Source of the DNA: a virus
Lineage: Duplodnaviria > Caudoviricetes
IMG/VR virus record: IMGVR_UViG_3300012346_000120
Coordinates: 1 to 29,493 of that record
DNA length: 29,493 nt
Reading direction: 5' to 3' (one strand)
Part shown: piece by piece, positions 26,722 to 29,493 of the stretch
Layout of the letters: every line of letters starts with the position of its first letter
How positions within the stretch are numbered: position 1 is the first letter of the stretch
Notes under the pieces: model-generated
Seen by the model: the letters and a program-made list of their open reading frames with translations, nothing else
What the model was told of the DNA's origin: nothing
The model's database searches: none
Program-made: the position numbers and the translations under genes

Positions 26722-26887
26722 TTTCTTCGTTTTTATGTAGTTCTTCGTCAAAGCGACCGATAATGTAGGCGCAAACTCCTACGCCTAGAATTTGTAAATA
26801 GGCTGTCTCACCTTCGTAAGTTAAAGCCACGCCCATAGCTAAGAAAGCAAGGGTAGCTACGGCGTAAAGTAGTTTAAAAGCGCTCAT
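26711..26887 (-). CDS. 58 aa two-TM membrane protein absent from ORF track (MSAFKLLYAVATLAFLAMG...)
   Basis: Translated by hand; its ATG is the ATG of the late motif. Confidence 0.75.
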   Translation of the reverse strand: MSAFKLLYAVATLAFLAMGVALTYEGETAYLQILGVGVCAYIIGRFDEELHKNEENEN

Positions 26888-27428
26888 AACAATATTGAAT
26901 TTTACGGATTTTTTGTTTTAAGTCCCTGATCATGTAGTGGGCAGACGTGCGGCTAACGTTAAAAAAGTCGGCCATTGCCTCGGCTGTTTGCTTCTTGTCA
27001 TCAAAATACACTTGGGCTATTCGTTTTTCTACTGGGTCGGTAATTTCGCTTCGGTATTTTTGAATGCACCACTTACGAAAGTTGTAAACGTTTTCAATTT
27101 GGATTTTGTCTAGTACGTCGTCGTTGTCTGGTTCGTCTAGTAAGTCGGGAATTTGGCTCTTAATGTCGTCTTGTTTGTGGCTTAGTGACGTGTTCCAAAT
27201 AATTTGATATTTTATGGTATTGAGTAGGTAGCTTTTTACGCTGTTTTCGTCCGTCTTTTCGGTGTCAATGGTCAAAACGTGCAAGTAAGCGTTGTTTATA
27301 CACGTGTCAGCGTTCAGCATCGAACACGCTAGCTTCTTACTATTTACGTAACGAGTTAAAAAGTAATTAGCATAAGCCCTTACTTCTTCGTAATTATCGC
27401 TTACGTACTTGTCAAGCGTTCGCTTCAA
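26874..27428 (-). CDS. ECF/sigma70-like RNA polymerase sigma factor (putative late-gene regulator)
   Basis: Region-2-like ADTCINNAYL...SYLLNTIK; region-4 HTH EKRIAQVYF...TAEAMADFFNVSRTSAHYMIRDLKQKIR; TTG start inferred. Confidence 0.7.
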   Translation of the reverse strand: MKRTLDKYVSDNYEEVRAYANYFLTRYVNSKKLACSMLNADTCINNAYLHVLTIDTEKTDENSVKSYLLNTIKYQIIWNTSLSHKQDDIKSQIPDLLDEPDNDDVLDKIQIENVYNFRKWCIQKYRSEITDPVEKRIAQVYFDDKKQTAEAMADFFNVSRTSAHYMIRDLKQKIRKIQYCYERF

Positions 27429-27615
27429 ACCATTGTAAGAACTCATTGTAAAACTTTTGTCGGTCGGGTACTCCACACAAACACCGCGTATCACGTTCAC
27501 CCGTTACCTTATTTTTAATGCCTTGCAACTTACGCAAGTGCATTTTACTTAGCCTTTCGGGTTTCAAGTAGGCTAGTATTCCGTTTATTTCTAGTAATTG
27601 AGCTTCGCTAAGCAT
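27412..27615 (-). CDS. hypothetical protein (CxC motif)
   Basis: ORF in operon. Confidence 0.7.
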   Translation of the reverse strand: MLSEAQLLEINGILAYLKPERLSKMHLRKLQGIKNKVTGERDTRCLCGVPDRQKFYNEFLQWFEANA

Positions 27616-27842
27616 AAGTCAACAACGTAAGAACATAAAGAAACTAGGCACGCGGTAAGAAATTGCCCGCTTAAACCCCAAGTAACCCAAAAACCCATAC
27701 ACTTCGGACAACCAAACGCCCCGTGTAAATAGATTGTAAAGCGGTTTAACGGCATTTCGGTAAAGATGCGGTCTATTAGGTCTTGTAGTGGTTCAAAGTT
27801 CGTTAAAAACCATGCAAGCGCAATGTAAAGTAGTATTTCCAT
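27591..27842 (-). CDS. DUF1360-like membrane protein
   Basis: CPKCMGFW with flanking TM segments. Confidence 0.7.
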   Translation of the reverse strand: MEILLYIALAWFLTNFEPLQDLIDRIFTEMPLNRFTIYLHGAFGCPKCMGFWVTWGLSGQFLTACLVSLCSYVVDLCLAKLNY

Positions 27843-27858
27843 TTGGTTAAATTCTAAA

Positions 27859-27866
27859 CAAATATA
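27859..27866 (-). promoter_or_regulatory. TAnnTTTG promoter for the sigma-factor operon
   Basis: TATATTTG 16 nt before the ATG at 27842, after a terminator. Confidence 0.7.
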
Positions 27867-27898
27867 AGTTTAATTTTTAAACAAGACATTTTTTAAAT

Positions 27899-27924
27899 AA
27901 AAAAGCCCCTTTTTACGGGGGCTA
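27899..27924 (-). terminator. intrinsic terminator
   Basis: AGCCCC/GGGGCU stem plus U-run. Confidence 0.8.
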
Positions 27925-27927
27925 GTT

Positions 27928-28134
27928 CTAGTGTAGGTGTTTATAAAGGTATTCGTCTAACTTAATGAGGGTTGAAAGGTTTACGTCTTTGCCATTCAAG
28001 AAGTTATTTATTTGGAAATGGTGAAACTTACCCGTCCGTTCTTTTATTTCGTTAACTATTTGGTTTCGGGTTCGTGTTTTCAATAGGTCTTTAATACCAC
28101 GCCTAAGCGCTTCGTCTTGAATAAACATGATCAT
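27928..28134 (-). CDS. Cro/XRE-like HTH protein
   Basis: QINNFLNGKDVNLSTLIKLDEYL. Confidence 0.65.
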   Translation of the reverse strand: MIMFIQDEALRRGIKDLLKTRTRNQIVNEIKERTGKFHHFQINNFLNGKDVNLSTLIKLDEYLYKHLH

Positions 28135-28137
28135 AAC

Positions 28138-28374
28138 TTAAAAGGGTAAGTCGTCGTTTGCAACTACTGGTTGTGCCTGTGGCGTTTCAGTCTTTACGTA
28201 AGGTTCGGAAAAAGACGCGCTAAAATAAGTATTCCCAGCGCTAGACGTTTTAACCCAAAGGGCTATCTCCATTTCTTTGCCGTTTACGTTTACCTTTCCT
28301 TTGTAGTCGGGGTGTTTCTCATTCGTCTTTTTGTCATTCTTAAAGATTGCTCCTGTGTTTGTTTTGTTTTCCAT
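28138..28374 (-). CDS. small SSB-like protein (DUF736-like)
   Basis: GAIFKN...PDYKG...IALW; acidic DDLPF tail. Confidence 0.75.
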   Translation of the reverse strand: MENKTNTGAIFKNDKKTNEKHPDYKGKVNVNGKEMEIALWVKTSSAGNTYFSASFSEPYVKTETPQAQPVVANDDLPF

Positions 28375-28790
28375 TATATACTAAAAATTAATTTGATTAC
28401 TAAAGTTAAAGCTATGGCCGTTACTAAAATCATTGTGCCAATTGCTGCTAATTGTTCGCGGTCTTGTCGTTTGTCCGTTTGTTTTGGCTTAGGATTTTTA
28501 AAGTTAAGCTTTGTTTGTACGTCCTTTACGTCTTTTTTGTCCTTTTGCATACATTCCCACGAATTGCGGTAATCAATTGTAAGCATTGCTACACGCTTTG
28601 CAGTTGCGCGGGTTGGTTTAGCATGCGCCCACGTGTAAAGTCCATGTTCAAGTCGTTTAACGTAGCCGTGTTGTTTCAAAATGTAGAATAAGTCAAAACG
28701 TTGTTTGCTTATTTCGCTGAATTTAAACGTGCTAGCCGCGTGCATTTCGTTTAATAGGTCTTTGTAAGACTCTAGGTTTGTTCTTTTCAT
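28374..28790 (-). CDS. hypothetical protein, winged-helix-like N-terminus and C-terminal TM anchor
   Basis: LKQHGYVKRLEHGLY; hydrophobic C-terminus. Confidence 0.6.
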   Translation of the reverse strand: MKRTNLESYKDLLNEMHAASTFKFSEISKQRFDLFYILKQHGYVKRLEHGLYTWAHAKPTRATAKRVAMLTIDYRNSWECMQKDKKDVKDVQTKLNFKNPKPKQTDKRQDREQLAAIGTMILVTAIALTLVIKLIFSI

Positions 28791-28981
28791 TTTACTAGGT
28801 TATAATTTTCCGAAGTGTCAAGGTATTTCTCCCAATCCTCATTTGTGTAGTTTAACATTGATTCAAATTCGTATTTAGACAGGCGGTTCGTGCGGTACTT
28901 TTCTACACCCGAAGCGTACTTTAAGCGGATTGTGTAGCAGCTTCGCCAGTGGTCGGATTTTACATTTAGTTCGTAGTTCAT
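28787..28981 (-). CDS. hypothetical protein
   Basis: ORF in operon, ATGA coupling. Confidence 0.7.
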   Translation of the reverse strand: MNYELNVKSDHWRSCYTIRLKYASGVEKYRTNRLSKYEFESMLNYTNEDWEKYLDTSENYNLVK

Positions 28982-28986
28982 TGCCC

Positions 28987-29271
28987 TTATTTATCAATGT
29001 GAATTAAAAAACTTGTCTTCCGTTTTAATGTAGGGTACTGACTCAATAGCCACAATGTCAACTCGTCTTGTTCTGAGTCATCAATGTGAAATTCTGCGTA
29101 TGTATGCTCCTTGTGTCCTTGTAGGATTTCGTCTTTTTGTAAATGCTGTGGAATCTCCGATAGCTTAATTACTGATTTTGTTATTTTTTTCATCGTTCTT
29201 AGTTCAAGGTTTGGTTGTAGTAAATCCATTTCTACTAACCATTCTACTCCTTCTTTGTCTATTTGTTTCAT
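28987..29271 (-). CDS. hypothetical protein (alternative start at 29193)
   Basis: ORF; N-terminal VEWL segment. Confidence 0.65.
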   Translation of the reverse strand: MKQIDKEGVEWLVEMDLLQPNLELRTMKKITKSVIKLSEIPQHLQKDEILQGHKEHTYAEFHIDDSEQDELTLWLLSQYPTLKRKTSFLIHIDK

Positions 29272-29283
29272 TGTTCTTGTTGT

Positions 29284-29490
29284 TTAAAATTCTGCTCCAA
29301 TAGCTTTAAAATCAGATTTTAATTGAATTGAGTTAATAATTGAAGGAATGTTAATAATATCTGTTCCGTTTTTAATTGGAAAGAATAATGTTTGAAAATC
29401 TAAACCATCGCTATAAATAGCCTTGTATCCAGTTTTTTCTTCTTGTTCGTTTGTGTATCTCTCTACACTTTGTAAAAATTTTGTTTTCAT
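29284..29490 (-). CDS. hypothetical protein
   Basis: AT-rich ORF ending within the junction repeat. Confidence 0.6.
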   Translation of the reverse strand: MKTKFLQSVERYTNEQEEKTGYKAIYSDGLDFQTLFFPIKNGTDIINIPSIINSIQLKSDFKAIGAEF

Positions 29491-29493
29491 TTT

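Noticed and set aside
21176-28691. Other plus-strand ORFs, including 26305..26589, 25785..26051 and 28171..28572
   Set aside because: Shadow ORFs; 26305..26589 is better explained by minus-strand genes 26274..26450 and 26434..26721

Overview
The window looks like most or all of a ~30 kb circularly permuted siphovirus-type tailed phage genome, with a Bacteroidota (probably Flavobacteriales) host. The host call rests on TAnnTTTG promoters and A-rich, Shine-Dalgarno-less starts. Nearly all genes are on the minus strand. Early/middle block: YqaJ exonuclease, ERF, NinG, helicase, replication initiator, DnaA-like HTH, SSB-like protein and many small genes. Late block: sigma-like regulator, terminases, tail genes, tape measure, protease/scaffold, capsid, portal, lysis cassette and a metallophosphoesterase. 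No integrase, DNA polymerase, tRNA, CRISPR array or reverse transcriptase was recognised. The most notable signals are: (1) a bipartite motif fused to the start codons of six late genes, with the first copy inside the 3' end of the sigma-like gene; (2) a terminator/anti-terminator RNA switch upstream of the replication operon; (3) tandem identical terminators that may define tiny RNAs; (4) gene-junction repeats suggesting cassette-like gene exchange. All product calls come from motif recognition, without database searches.
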